Of a stretch of 64,000 nt of DNA, positions 35,004-49,849 are shown piece after piece (the stretch's first letter is position 1; the number at the start of each line of letters is the position of its first letter). Source of the DNA: Azolla caroliniana. Taxonomy: Eukaryota > Plantae > Polypodiophyta. The notes beneath the pieces are model-generated. The model did no database searches, was not told where the DNA came from, and saw nothing but the letters and a program-made list of their open reading frames with translations. The stretch lies in contig JBHGNT010000014.1 in assembly GCA_043228905.1 (NCBI GenBank), forward strand, positions 5,952,001-6,016,000. The letters are read 5' to 3'. The position numbers and the translations under genes are program-made.

Positions 35004-38000
35004 TGTTGGGATTACGGTCCCTTCGGATGGGATGGTCGGATGTCGGAGATGAATGCCGACAAGCCCGGTTTCGGTTTCGGAACCGGATGATGAAGACCCC
35101 GGCTTCGGAGCCGGATGACGAATGTACCCGGAGAGAGATCCGGATGCGGGGACATATCCGTGAATATGTTTGCCAAGGGCCCCTGAGGCTATAGTTGTAA
35201 ATAGCCCCAAAGTCATATGTGTATAAATATGACTTAGGGCAAACAGTTTTAATGTTGCTACTCATTTTTCTGTTTTTCCACTCAAGAGGAGTGAAGAGAG
35301 AGCAGCCGTGAGAGAGAGAGAGATAGAGCGTGAGAGAGGAAGAGGTAGACGCCTCTGTGTATTTCCGCCGCCTGTGGCGAGGACAGCGAGCTCAAGGTCG
35401 TCGCCTTGCAGCTCGCCATTGTATACTTCTCTGTGCATAGTATTGGTTCGGAGTCTTGTACTCCCGTGGTTTTTCCCGTACAGGGTTTTCCACGTTAAAT
35501 TGTGTGTCCCTCTATTTACTTCTGCATTTCCCATTTTCTGCAACAACGATCCGTGTGTTTCCTTGGTTGTGGCCGAGAGGTGAAGTTTGGAAAGTGTTGA
35601 CGACTATTTCCATCAATTTGGTATCAGAGCGGGCTGTTGCAGAAAATGGAAGGCGGCGGCAGCGGGCAGCCGGGGATGATGGTGCTGAATGCGCAGAATT
35701 ACGCCGATTGGAAGATCAAGATGGAGGATCTTCTGATTGTTCGGGACCTGTACGAACCGATTGACAGGTCGGAAATACCGAAAGGGGTACTTGAGTCGGA
35801 ATGGAGGCTTCTGAACCGGAAAGCCGTTGCAACCATTCGGCAATACGTCGACGTGAGCGTTCTACAACATGTGGCGAACGACACCAACGCATATGAGATG
35901 TGGCGGAAGCTGTCGGGCCTCTACGAGAGGAAGAATGCGTTGAACCGGACCTCCCTGATGAGGAAGATAGTGAACCTCAAGTACCGGGACGGCGAGAGTA
36001 TGGTGGAACACGTAAGCACGTTCATGGGATTCGTGAACCAGCTTGCGGCGATTAAGTTCCCGCTGGAGGATGCAATGCAAGCCATCATTCTGATGTGTAC
36101 ATTGCCGGAAAGCTGGGAGAACTTGGTGGTGACTCTCAGCACCTCCTGCACCGAAGATAACTTGTCCCTACAAACGGTAAAGACAAGTATTTTGAACGAA
36201 GAAGCGCGTCGGAGAGATAAAGAACCGGCCTCCGATCCGAAGATGTTGTTTACCGAATCGGATCGGGGAAGACAATGGAACCGGAGTCCGCAAAGACGGG
36301 AGAAGTCGGGGACCCGGTCGCAGTCAAGAGGAAGACCCACATGCTTCCACTGTGGGAAGCCGGGGCACTTCCGGAAGAATTGTCGGCATTACCGAAAGGA
36401 CAACGGAGCCGACGACACCGATTCGAAGAAGTCACCGGAGAGAAACGGTGCATACCGGGGAGCCACGGACCGGAGAGGTCCGGATCGGCGAGGGCAGGAC
36501 CGGAAAGGAACGACGGCACTCGCGGCAAGTGAGGAAGAGATCATGCTCATCACCGAAGAAGGTGAATTAAACATTGCCGGCGATGAGACGACCTGGGTGG
36601 TCGATTCTGGAGCATCGTTCCACCTGACCCCGGAGAGAAGATACTTCTCATCCTACACAGCCGGTGAGCATGGCTGTGTTTGGATGGGAAATGAAGGTAC
36701 GTGCCGAATTGCCGGCATAGGAGACGTGTGGTTGACAACCCCGACCGGATGCAAAATGCTGCTGAAGGATGTCCGACACGTTCCGGAGGTTCGTTTGAAC
36801 CTGATTTCGGCCGGGAGGCTAGACGATGAAGGCTACACAGGTAGCATCCGGAATGGCGTAATGAAGTTCAGCAAGGGGAGCCTGATAGTGGCTCGGGCCC
36901 GGAAAGTCAACACACTGTACCTTATGAATGCCTGGTTGTGTCCGGAAGAGTTGAACGTGGCAGCCGACACTGCCGGTGAGCTGTGGCACAAGAGACTGTG
37001 CCACATGAGTGAGAAGGGGATGAAGAGGCTTGCAGAAGACAACCTTATTCCAGTGAAGCATGTGCACCTGGAGAAGTGCACCGATTGCCTGGCCGGTAAG
37101 CAGAACCGAACCTCCTTCCACTCAAGGCCACCGACGAGACGTAGCGCACCATTGGAGTTGGTGCATACTGATGTGTGTCAGGTAGAAACGAAGTCACATG
37201 GCGGAGCCCAGTACTTCGTAACATTCATTGATGATCACAGCCGGAAGCTGTGGACGGCACCGTTGAAGACAAAGGACCAAGTGTTGTGCGTCTTCAAAGA
37301 ACTCCACGCGAGAGTGGAAAGGGAATCCGGCAAGAAGCTGAAAGCGATATGAGCGGATAACGGAGGGGAATACCGGGGGCAGTTCCAGGAGTACTGTCGC
37401 TCGAAGGGAATCCGGCTCGAGTTTACTGTGCCGAAGACGCCGGAACTAAACGGGCTGGCCGAGAGGATGAACCGGACCATAATGGAGAGGGTCCGGAGTA
37501 TGCTGGCGCATGCGGAATTACCCAAGGGGTTTTGGGCTGAGGCGATGTCGACGGCGACATACGTGATAAACAGATCACCCTCAGTACCTTTGGACGGGGA
37601 CACGCCGCAGAGAGTGTGGACCGGTAGGGAAGTATCCTATCGGCATCTGAAGGTGTTCGGGTGTCTCGCATACGTGCATGTGGCAAAGGACCGGAGAGGA
37701 AAGCTAGATCCAAAGACCCGGCCTTGCATATTCCTCGGTTACGGCGACGATGAGTTCGGCTACCGAGTATGGGACCCGGTCGACAAGAAGATATTCAGGA
37801 GTCGTGATATCATCTTCATGGAGGACAAGACACTCGCCGACTGGGAGTCGGAGAAGAAGATGAAGAGCTCCAAGTCGACCGGTGAGGATCAACTCTACGA
37901 GGAGCAGTCCTGACCGGCAAGGGACCGGTTAGCACTCGAGGATCCGGCCGAAGACGGTGAAGAAACAGAACCGACCGAAGAAGATGAAAATGATACCGGA

Positions 38001-40343
38001 ACCGGCCCCGATCCCGAAATGGATTCGGATGAAGAAGAATCGGAAGAACCGGTTACCGAAACTCCGGAACGGAGATATCCTCTAAGAGAGAGAAGGCCCC
38101 CCCGGAGATTTCCGGAACCAGAGCATGTGCTGCTAACCGACGAGGGGGAGCCGGAGAGCTTTGAAGAAGCAAAGCATGACACCCAGAGCCGCAGGTGGTT
38201 GAGTGCCATGCAGGATGAGATGGATTCCCTGCATGAGAACCACACATATGAACTTGTGGAGTTGCCGAAAGGAAAGCGAGCACTTCGAAACAAGTGGGTG
38301 TTCAAGCTGAAACCGGGAGATGCCGGAAACCCCCCGAGATACAAAGCCAGGATCGTGGTGAAGGGGTTTCAGCAGAAGAAGGGCGTCGACTTCGATGAGA
38401 TATTCGCCCCGGTAGTGAAGATGACCTCCATCCGGACGGTGCTGAGCATAGCGGCAAGCATGGACCTCGAGGTAGAACAGATGGACGTGAAGACGGCATT
38501 CCTTCACGGTGACCTCGAAGAAGAGATCTACATGCAGCAACCGGAAGGATTCGAGAAGAAAGGGAAGGAGCACCTGGTATGCCGGTTGAAGAAGAGCCTT
38601 TACGGACTGAAGCAGGCTCCCTGGCAATGGTACCGGAAGTTCGACTCCTTCATGAACGACGAAGGGTACCTCAAAACGCAGTTCGACCACTACGTGTTTG
38701 TGAAGAAGTTCGAAGGAGGAGACTTCCTAATACTCCTCCTGTACGTGGACGACATGTTGATCGTCGGACGGGACCAGGTCAAGATACGGATGCTGAAGAA
38801 GGCTCTTCACCGAACCTTCTCAATGAAGGAATTGGGTCCGGCGAGGCAAATACTAGGGATGCATATCATCCGGGACCGGAAGAAGAAGCAGTTGTGGCTG
38901 TCACAGGAGAAGTACGTGACAAAGGTGCTTCACCGGTTCAACATGTCGGAAGCAAGACCAGTCGGGTCAACACTCCCGGCAAACTACAAGCTGTCCAGCA
39001 AGCAAAGCCCCAAGACAAAGGCTGAGAAGGAGGACATGATGAAAGTACCATATGCCTCTGCCGTCGGGAGCTTGATGTACGCGATGGTGTGTACCCGACC
39101 GGACATAGGATACGCAGTCGGAGTGGTGAGCCGGTACATGAGCAATCCCGGCAAAGAGCATTGGAACGCGGCCAAGTGGATACTCCGATACCTGAAGGGC
39201 ACGGCAAACGTGTGCCTCCGATTCGGCTCCGGTAAGCCCGAACTCGACGGCTTTACCGATTCGGATATGTCGGCTGATGCAGATACCAGCCGGTCCACAT
39301 CAGGGTATGTGATGACGTATGCAGGGGGAGCTGTTTCATGGCAGTCGAGGCTGCAGAAGACGGTTGCGTTGTCAACCACGGAGGCGGAGTACATGGCGGT
39401 TGTTGAAGCCGGCAAGGAAATAATATGGATGAAGGACTTCATTAGAGAGCTCGGTATCCGGCAGGAGGAGTACCGACTCTACTGCGACAGTCAGAGTGCA
39501 ATCCACCTTGCGAAGAACGCGGCCTATCACTCCCGGACGAAGCACATCCAGCGAAGATATCACTGGATCCGGGAAAGGATAGAAGACAAGGAGTTCGTGC
39601 TGACGAAGGTCCACACTGACGAGAACGGGTCGGATATGCTGACCAAGGTGCTCACACCCGACAAGCTGGAAGCATGCCGGAAGAGGATCGGATTGGAGAG
39701 ACATCCCATGCCGAAGTGAAGGGGGAGTTTGTTGGGATTACGGTCCCTTCGGATGGGATGGTCGGATGTCGGAGATGAATGCCGACAAGCCCGGTTTCGG
39801 TTTCGGAACCGGATGATGAAGACCCCGGCTTCGGAGCCGGATGACGAATGTACCCGGAGAGAGATCCGGATGCGGGGACATATCCGTGAATATGTTTGCC
39901 AAGGGCCCCTGAGGCTATAGTTGTAAATAGCCCCAAAGTCATATGTGTATAAATATGACTTAGGGCAAACAGTTTTAATGTTGCTACTCATTTTTCTATT
40001 TTTCCACTCAAGAGGAGTGAAGAGAGAGCAGCCGTGAGAGAGAGAGAGAGATAGAGCGTGAGAGAGGAAGAGGTAGACACCTCTGTGTATTTCCGCCGCC
40101 TGTGGCGAGGACAGCGAGCTCAAGGTCGTCGCCTTGCAGCTCGCCATTGTATACTTCTCTGTGCATAGTATTGGTTCGGAGTCTTGTACTCCCGTGGTTT
40201 TTCCCGTACAGGGTTTTCCACGTTAAATTGTGTGTCCCTCTATTTACTTCTGCATTTCCCATTTTCTGCAACAACGATCCGTGTGTTTCCTTGGTTGTGG
40301 CCGAGAGGTGAAGTTTGGAAAGTGTTGACGACTATTTCCATCA
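35004..40343 (+). mobile_element. Young full-length Ty1/copia element 'D'
   Basis: LTRs 35004-35615 and 39730-40343 are almost identical. TSD TAATA, PBS 35619-35630 (tRNA-iMet), PPT 39718-39727. Confidence 0.97.
35646..39719 (+). pseudogene. Copia D gag-pol with two CGA>TGA nonsense changes
   Basis: Stops at 37350-37352 and 37911-37913 correspond to Arg in the intact copy E. Motifs CFHCGKPGHFRKNC, WVVDSGAS, LLYVDD. Confidence 0.95.
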
Positions 40344-40478
40344 TAATATACATATTACACACTCCCTCTCACACACAAAACCCATAACTCCTCTCTCTCT
40401 CTCTCTAGAGTCTAGATATACACTCAACCACTGTCTCCTCACACATGCAAAACAGGGCTTCTCTCTCTAGACCATACA

Positions 40479-40538
<60 letters not shown>

Positions 40539-42859
40539 ATGTACACCATATACACCATATGTATATATCTATGTACCGCGTATTTATCTATTGGCGTTTG
40601 AGTATGACACGAATGGGATGTATGGCTAGAACTATGCTTCATTGTCAACAAACTCCTTAGAAACTTTCACATTCTCCCTTATACAATCTTCTATTAATAT
40701 ATTTTCCATGCATCTGAAAGCACACTACGGTGTACCAACTTTTGGCCAAAACTTTAGTACTAATTCCATGTGGAGGAAAAACTTAAAAATTTAAAAATAA
40801 ATTCAATATTTGGGTTTAAAAAGTTGATCACTTGTCTTAAAATTAAAAGTCGCATTCAATGAAAATAGATTTCAAAGATGAATAAACATCACTTGTGTTA
40901 AAATCCTAGGTAATGTTGTAAGGAGGTCTTAACTTTATAATCTCGAGTCGTCAGTCAATCATGAAGATAGTCAGTCTGTCTCTCTTCCACTCTGTCTCTC
41001 TTGGCAAATAACAGGTTTATCTCGAATTGTCAGTTACTCTCTCTCTCTCTCTCTCTCTCTCTTTACACTTGGTAATTCCCTAGGTTCGTACCTCCTCTCT
41101 CTCACACTCTTTCCTTCCCCCTTCTACTCATTTATTCACTATGTTCGTACCCTCCTCCCTCCCTCCCTCCCTCCCTCCCTCTCTCTCTCTCTCTCTCTCT
41201 CTTCCAACTTTTGCACAGGTTTCTCCACGTTCTCTGCTCACCTTGCAAACCCTAAACCCATTCCCTGCTTGTCGTGTCCTCTTTGCAACAACAATACGCT
41301 CAGGTGTTGTAATGTGTCCTCGTTGCATCGACATCAGGTCTGATAACTGTGTCCTCGTCGTGTCCTCTCTCTCTCTCAGGTATTCTCTCTCTCAACTATT
41401 GTACTGTGTCCTTGTTACATCGAGCTTTCCTATGTTGGCCGCGTTCTCTCTCTCAAGAGTTCTCTAAAGTGTGGTCTGCACACCGTGTCCTCTTCGCATC
41501 GGTCTCTGCTCTGTTGGTCATGTTCCCTCTACCTGGTGTGTTTCAAACGCGTCCCCCTCTTCAAGGACTTCAACAACGACATTTGGTACTTGTTTTACTA
41601 TATGTTTATATGTTTGATTCTATCTGTTTTTGTCATTTTCTATCTGTTTTTTTACATCTGCAACCATAACGATGTTTGGGACATGTTTATCTGTATGTTT
41701 GATTCTATATGTTATTATCGTTTAGGGTATTGTTGTTGTTGTTGTTCTCCCTTGATCATTTGAGAGCTTTGTACATGCATATGCTTGAATTTGAGAGTCG
41801 ATCAACATGTGTATATGTTAAGTATCTGGAGTTAACATTATGTTTCATATCAGGCTGGTAATCTATCAATTAATTAAACTTACAAATACATATTTTACTC
41901 TCTCAAACACACACACACACACATAGACAAGAGGAAGTTGTTAAAGGATGTGGACATGGAAATACTATATAGTACTTAATTAATAGCATGCCAAATTAAG
42001 GATTTAAGAAAGTATGGAGGAGTAAGAAGTCAATATATTTATTCTTATTTATATTAGGAGGCAGCAGCAGTAGTCAAATTAATACTTAAGAATTCAATGA
42101 ACATGGCCCTATATATAGCTATAGCTATAATCATATCTATAGCTTGACATGTATGAGAAAAGAAGGGGGAGATTATTTTTGAGTGTATACTAACAACATT
42201 TGATCGGTAGATTGGATTGGGTTTGGGGAGGAAATAAGTTGTAGAGTATTATGCCCTCTCATCAGGAGGTTCTTCATTAGATCACAACTAATTGTGTTGA
42301 TGATCAATCCTTTCTAGTCTATTCTATTCTATTCTACTACTTCATTCTCTTGTACTAGAAAATAGTAGTGGCTGTTGAATTGCATTGGATTGAATTGAAT
42401 TAGAAGGGTTCAATAAATATATACTGGATTTGATTTGATTGATTGGGTGATTAATGACTTGAAGGTTAACTAGTGGAGGTGAAGAAGCAAGAAAAATAGG
42501 AGGTAATCTCTAGAGGGGATTAAGGAAGAAGAAGAGACGCGAATTTGCCGAGGTGATTAAGACAAAGGTTGATTAGTAGAAGTGATTAAGCAAGAAGAAG
42601 TGGTGCTAATTAGGGTTTTAACTTTTAAAAACAAATAGGGTTCTGAATTTTCGTATTTATTGAAATAGCTAAAAACATTTACTTAAGTTTGGGAGGAGGT
42701 GAGATTGTTTATATATATTTTATTTATTTATTCTTTAGAAAGAAGGCATAATAATAGATAAGCAAATAAATACTTATACATACATATATATATATATAGT
42801 ACAATTTATGGTAAGAAAATTATAGAATACATAGAATTTAATGATTGGGTGAGAAGATT

Positions 42860-42905
<46 letters not shown>

Positions 42906-43237
42906 ATGAGTCTATATACTATAGGTGATGTGTTCAAATGTGGAAATGGGCTAGTAATAGTAGTGGTTATATGATTCATGAATATATTATGTGAATTGTG
43001 TGTGTGAAATAGAAGGATCATGATGAAAGAGAGAGTCTATGTATTTGACACATAATAATGTAAAAGAGGGGGGGGGGAGGGGATGAATGATATTACTTGC
43101 TTTGCTTTACACCAATGAATGGGGAAGAATCTTTTTTTATAAAGTCTACCCTACCATGTGTGTGTGCATGGTAAGAGTGCATTGCTCAAACCAAGTGCAA
43201 TGTGTGTGTATCTTTATATAGATAGAAACACACACAT

Positions 43238-43273
<36 letters not shown>

Positions 43274-44249
43274 GGTGGATGTGCACGTGGATGTGCATTG
43301 AAGTTGATGATAGTTCAGGCCCCCAAACTGCATGATTTCCTTACAAACCGCCCCAACTCAACTGTTGCCTGTCATGGGTCCTACCTTAAATTCTCCCCCC
43401 TTTGCGTTACGTACATTTCCTTGTTCGCATGTCGAGAACTGATATACTACCTCAAATATGCCAAGAGTGCATGTGTTGTTTGTGTATACCAGTGCTAATG
43501 ACGTGCGAACTTCTTGGGTATGAGATGAGACCGCGTGAGTCCGAGATGAGAAATGATTGATCTTCTATAAGAACATGGAGTCGTGCATGGAAACTTCATA
43601 GATCACCGAGCCATGGTCTCTCAAGACCAAGCCATGGCAAGGATCAAACTTGGGTTCTCTCAAATTTATGACATTGATACTATGATGTAGAGAGACAGGT
43701 ATTAGAAATGTCCAAGGAATCGAATGTGATCTATTGGGTCATTAAGCTAGTTATGTGATAATCGAATTGGATTCTCTTTATTATACCTATTGACTTTAGA
43801 ATTAGGTGATAGAGCGCTTTGGTTACATTGTATGTACAATTAATATACACCAGAGAGAGAGAGAGAGAGTTAGGGAGAGAGATGGTAACGATGATATTCT
43901 AACATCTTTGAAATATTAGAATTATGATGTTATAGGGCCCAACAATAATGTCACAAGATAGTCCCCTGCCATTGGCCACACACGACTCATACTTTCTTAA
44001 TATAAATGTTATGCCTAAGTAGAGAGCACACGTATACACCTAATAGACATGTGTTGTTGCACCAAGAAAACCCAAAGTATTGGCATATGATTCCATATAC
44101 ACCAAGAGACTCGACATTTAAGCACTCAATGAACATGATTCTCAAAAGACTGATGTATATTATTTAATATTGTTTACTATTGTTGTGCATGATTTACTGT
44201 TATTTACTATTGTTGTGCATGTGAGGCAAAGAAGAGAGACGGGATTCAC

Positions 44250-47200
44250 ATGACAAGGACGACACCCACAAAGAAGAAAATGGTCACCGAAAATGTCATC
44301 ACACCATGCAAGGAAAGAAAAAGGACCCCCATCAAAGAAAGTAAGATGACGCCGACCAGAGGGAGGTCGAATTTTTCAGCAACTAAGGGCAAAAAGGTTC
44401 ACACAAAGATCCTTCGAGGTACAAAATTGGGATGGGGTTATTTCCTTCGTGCACGACCTGACACTTATGAAGACCTAGACATGTGGATGATGAAAACTTG
44501 GGGCCCATCACAACCTGAGACACGGAGAGGTTTCCAACTCACTCAATTGAAGAAGGATTATATCACTGAACTAAAGTCACGATATGAACAAGTTTATGAT
44601 ACGAAACATATCCTAAACAAAGAGGTAGGATTTGTCTTTGCACGTGCATTTTCATGTGAACTCCATGGTGGCATTGAAGTTGATTGGGAAGATTTTGCTC
44701 ATCATCGATCATCACATTATAGAGGGTCCTCAAGTACCAACACTACCATGAAGTCTGAGGGTACCTCTCATATTGAAATCCCATCTTAGACATCTATGTT
44801 GACTCAACGAATTGCAAAACAGAAAGCCACACTGATAGAAAAACATGAAGAGCGATTGTTGCTTTGTATAGCTTCCATGCAAACAAAAAGGCAAGCACTG
44901 CTGGCCGATTTGGAAGAAGTTTCATCTGGTGAGATGGTAGCAGAGAAACAATTCACATCTATGTCGAATACATAGGAATGGATTGCATCAACACTCCAAA
45001 ATTCAGAAAGTGATGTGTTAAAAGAGGAGTTGAAGAAAGAGCTCACAACTATGGGTACTCATTTGGAAGCATAGAAGAAAGATCTAGAGACATGGCGGTC
45101 TTCTTGTAATGAAATTGATGAGCAATTATCAGCCTTAAAGCTGCATTGAGAGAATCTAACATGTTTAATGAAGGGTCTAAAAGTAAAAGGTTTAGATACT
45201 CTATGTTCAGACATAGTTGAGCACCCCACTTGCATGGAAAGTACAATTAGAAACATTACTATATCACGGTAATGGTTTATATTTCTCCTTTTTGACCTTC
45301 TATGGTATAAACTATCATTGGTGCTAATATAGTGTATGTTGTGTCTCGTTATTGAAGGTGTTTATTCAGTGGCCTTGGATTCAAGCTTGAGTCTATGGAT
45401 GCTATCATTACACCATGCTTACACACATATCATTTGTTATGTGCTAAGTACCATTTCGAGAAAGAAAATATATGTTTGGGCTGTAAAAGTATAGTTGGAG
45501 CTGAATGGTACCTAGCTTGGGGTTTGAAAGTACACTCCTATGGTATGAGATTAAGCATTATGCAATTTTTATACTATGATTTTATAATTTTACTTTTTTT
45601 TCTGTTCTTACAGTTGGATCCAGGATGATCAGTTGATTTAATGCAGATTATTTAGTACTAAAGGTCTTAAATGTTTAGTTGTATAACTTGTATTAATACT
45701 AACATTGTTTATTCCATTGTACTTTTTTTGTCCACTTGACTTAGGCTTTGCATGATCGAACAAATAGGCATGTTGGTCTTGGCTGTTTAGTACTAACATT
45801 GTTCATTACCATCAGAAATATGCATGTCCAGGTGGTTCAATACTATTCCTTTAAGATCCTAAGATGTTGATTAAGTACTAATAGTACTTATTTCATTGTA
45901 TTCCTTCGTGATCAATTGCTTCAGTATTGATTATTTAGTACAGAGGGTCTTAAATGTTTTGTTGTATAACTCGTATTACTACTAACATTGGTTAATTGCA
46001 TTGTACTTTTTGAGTCCACTTGACTTAGGCTTTGCATAACCGAACAAGTAGGCATGAAGGTTTTGGCTTTTTAGTACTAACATTGTTCATTACCAGATGA
46101 AATATGCATGTCCAGGTGGCTTAGTACTAATCCTTTAAGTTCCTAGGATGTTGATTAAGTACTAACATTACTTAATACATTGTATTCCTTCATGATCAAT
46201 TGATTCAGTATTGATTATTTGGTATGGAGGGTCCTAAATGTTTAGTTGTATAACTTGTATTAGTACTAACATTGCTTATTGCATTGTACTTTTTGTGTCC
46301 ACTTGAATTAGGCTTTGCATGACCGAACAAATAGACATGAATGTGTTGGCTTTTTAGTACTAACATTTTTCATTACCAGATGAAATATGCATGTCCAGGT
46401 GGATCAATACTATATTTGTAATTTTGGACTCATGTTATAATATGTACTCTTATAATATGTATGCGTATAATATGTATGCGTATAATATGAATGTTGTAGT
46501 TTCTAGCAACACCACACCAAGGAAGGTAATTGACAAACCAGGCCCCACGATACTACGTACAAAGTCTGCTGCAAATTCCAAAGTGCATGGCCGTTCCTTA
46601 GTGGTACCTAATGAAGTTTATGATGAAGATGAATGTATGAGAAAGGCCATTGGAACAATTGAAGATGTGAGGCTTGAAACCAAATCTCCTAGCTCGGCAC
46701 TCCCTAACTGTGTGAATGGTAATGCTAATTGTGTTTGCCTTTCTAATTTCTGAAATGTTGGTATACTACTAATTTATTATGTTTCTATCAAAGAGCCTAC
46801 GAAGAAGCGTAATGTTGCAAGGAAATTGTACAGAAAGCAAAAGAAATGCAAAGTTGATTGTTGTGGTGGGTATACAAATTCTCACAAACTTGTGGTTGTT
46901 GTCATCTTGATGAGCTAGACTAATACTACATACTTTTGTTTTTAGACAAGGAAGAAAAGAGTAATGAAAATGGAGATACAGATTCAAAGCCACAATATGA
47001 AGAAGAATTTCTCTCACTTCTAGGTACATGTTGGGAGCCCTCTCATATAATTGTTATTTTGACCATATTACTTCACGTGACAATAATGTACAAGTGTATT
47101 AATACATAGAGAGTGTTGTGAAATATTGGCATGATGAAGAGCCCCAACTTGAAACTGGGACCATCCCAAGCAACAATGACGATGTAATAGTAGGTAAACA

Positions 47201-48050
47201 TTTGTCCCTTAACCTTAAACATTTGGCTAGGTGCCTTCACTTTTTCAGAATGTGAATTCATATTGTTCTTGCATCATTGTCATTTAGGAGTAGAAGAGCA
47301 TGTAGATTCACAAATACCATCAGATGATTCAGGCAGTTTATGGAGCAATCTTGATTATTCGGGCTCAGCTGCTACCACACATGAGGAATGTGAGATCACC
47401 CAAAAAGAGGAGCTGGAGTGGACAAAGCATGAGGCGACAAGCAACTTTGCAATGGATTCTGTAGAGAATGTGAAATTGACCCAATGAGAGGATCATGGTT
47501 GTACAAAGAATGAGGTGTGAGTCCAAAACACCACAAGCAGCCTTAACCTAGGGCAAGGTTGTATCATTAAGGAGACCCTTGAAACTACCCAAGAAGAAGG
47601 AGAGTGTGGTACTACGAATGAGGTGTCTGTCCAAAATACTGCAAGTAGCTTGCACTTGGAGCAAGTGTCTAACTTGATCAACGGGGAGTTTGCAATGAAG
47701 ACGAGGAACATGTTTGTACTCCTAATAATGTGGTAGTGGTGTCTACCCAAGATGAGGAACATGTTTATACTCCTAATAATGTGGTAGTGGAGCCGGGAAA
47801 ATTGAAGAATGACACGTTCAATGACCTCTAGAAGATTTCTGGTAAGACTATCGACCACATATTCTTGGAAGTGTGTGCATCTCAGGTAGTTGCAATAGAG
47901 CACATTGTTTCCTCAAGCTTGGCTTCACCCTCCGATGATGAATTGCCACTAAGTATTTTACTACCTCGTGGTTTTAAGATGAAGAAGGGTGTGAAATCTG
48001 AGAAGAATGAAACAAAAAATAGGCGCATTACAAGATCCAGAAAAAACTAA
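44250..48050 (+). pseudogene. Transposon-borne multi-exon gene: basic N-terminus, coiled coil, RING-H2-like finger, low-complexity C-terminal exons
   Basis: ORF 44250-44789 continues through stops into a heptad-rich segment. After a GT-AG intron, 45359-45483 reads CLFSGLGFKLESMDAIITPCLHTYHLLCAKYHFEKENICLGC (C-x2-S...CxHxxHxxC...CxxC). The 3' exon structure is uncertain. Confidence 0.55.
45646..46410. repeat. ~283-bp tandem repeat, ~2.7 copies, AGTACT-rich
   Basis: GATTATTT(A/G)GTA...GGTC(T/C)TAAATGTTT recurs at ~45646, ~45929 and ~46213. Confidence 0.85.
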
Positions 48051-48169
48051 AACCAAAGTTTATTGTATTTTGATCGTTGTATGTAATTGATTACCGAATG
48101 TAAAGTTATTGATTACCTATTTCTTGACACTAATGGGATTTACTTATCCAGGATGTGAATTGGATACAA

Positions 48170-48590
48170 AGTTATTGATAGGAATGCTAAGTCATTGATT
48201 ACCCTCATCTTGACACAGTTTTAATTTACTTGTTATGCACACATGTGATGGTGAGAATGTAAAGGCATGAGTGGAATGATCACTCCTATCTTAGATATGT
48301 CTAGGTTAGTAAACACTTAACATAGTTTAAGTACTAACTTGATATGCATTGTAGCTAATTTACTACTGTCTCGTGCTATTGTATTTGGCTGGTTGTCTGT
48401 AATTGATAGGAATGTTAAAGTTATTGATTACCCTCATCGTGACATTGTTCTGGTTTACTTGTTATGCACACATGTGACAGTGAGAAGATGAGTGATGAGT
48501 GGAATGAACACTCTATCTTACATATGTCTAGGTTACATAACTCTTAACATAGATTTAGTACTAACTTGATATGCATTCTACTAACTTTTA
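48170..48590. repeat. ~227-bp tandem duplication between the convergent genes
   Basis: TTGATAGGAATG...ATTGATTACCCTCATC at ~48175 and ~48402. Confidence 0.75.
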
Positions 48591-49849
48591 TACATATGAA
48601 CTCCTAAAGATTTATAGGCACACATATGAACTCCTAACTTTCATACTAACGTAGGGTCAAATACTAGCCAATGAGATTTTTTACCAAGCACTAGACACTT
48701 CATGTAAAAGAAACATACATCTCTAAACCAAAGAGGGATATTGTTAGAAAACCCAAGATAAATATGAAAACCGAAGATGATATATTTCCTTTCACTTGTA
48801 AGTCAGAGTTTGAATACATGCAAAAGTTACATTAGACACAACACTTACCATTCTAAGCATTAAAGAGGGAGACCTCCCCCAATATGTGTTCGTGTACCCC
48901 TTTGGGGACTTTGTAGACAGTGTTGTATCCCTTAACCTTGTGCTTTGCTTGAGTCATTTTGAACTTGATTGCAATAATGGCATCAACATAGATAATTGCG
49001 GTGGGTGCATCTTTTAACAATGCATATGTGTTCTTGCATTGTGGCAACTTTGCATAGTAGTTGCCATACACGACAGACTCACCAACATTGAACATGTTGC
49101 CCCAGCCATCCCTCACGACTTCTTCTAATATTGTATTTCCTTACTTGCACACCACAATGTAGTAGTCTTGAAAATCTTCATTCTGAGGAGATTTGAGCAC
49201 TACAAAATGATCTCCAACTTCCATTAATATTGCCAAGTCCTCACACCGGTTGTCGTATACAATATTGTTTGAATGTTCGTTTTCTTGGATATTCACACTA
49301 TATTCTATCTCTAGCTTCTGTAGCTTCCATGGCTAACAATTGATAGATTGGTACATTCATCCCAAGCTTCATCTAAACACATGGAACAAAAGCACGATAA
49401 ACTACGGAATAACAATTGTGTTGTGTCCTTGCGATTAAACTCTAAAACACAATGGGTATTGCGCATCCCTTTCATGGTTTTACAACTGTATGATTTACTC
49501 CTATCCACCTCATTAGCACGAACCTCAATAAACAATCTATTCTTACCATCATTTGACATCTTCCATGTGAGCCACTCCACAACATCATGTGCATTTTGTA
49601 GCTTAGCACCTTTATTATCCAACTACTCCGATGTAAGAGCACACTTGATCACAAACCCCGCGCCATCGTGCTCTCCCTTTCCATGTCCAGACCAGAAGTA
49701 GTTCCATTGCACCCTAATGTTTGTCAATGAGAAGTACCTGGGTGTTTTGCATGACAGTTAGCCAACATACATAATTAATTGCATGACTTAAACCATAATT
49801 ATTACTTATGCATGAGTGAACAATGCTAATATTTGAATCAGTACAAATG

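Larger units (their letters stand above)
34764..40636. mobile_element. Non-autonomous hAT-type element (~530 bp) interrupted by copia D
   Basis: TIR CATAGTTC...GAACTATG with a perfect 8-bp TSD CTTCATTG (34756-34763 and 40637-40644). The empty site can be reconstructed from 26920-26950. Confidence 0.85.

Noticed and set aside
40723-40738. CACTAC suggesting a CACTA element terminus
   Set aside because: The right end does not finish in TAGTG, the inverted match extends further outward, there is no 3-bp TSD, and the transposase is not TnpD-like.
41000-43300. ORFs over (CT)n/(GA)n/(GT)n tracts as host genes
   Set aside because: These are low-complexity translations of microsatellites with no domain signal.
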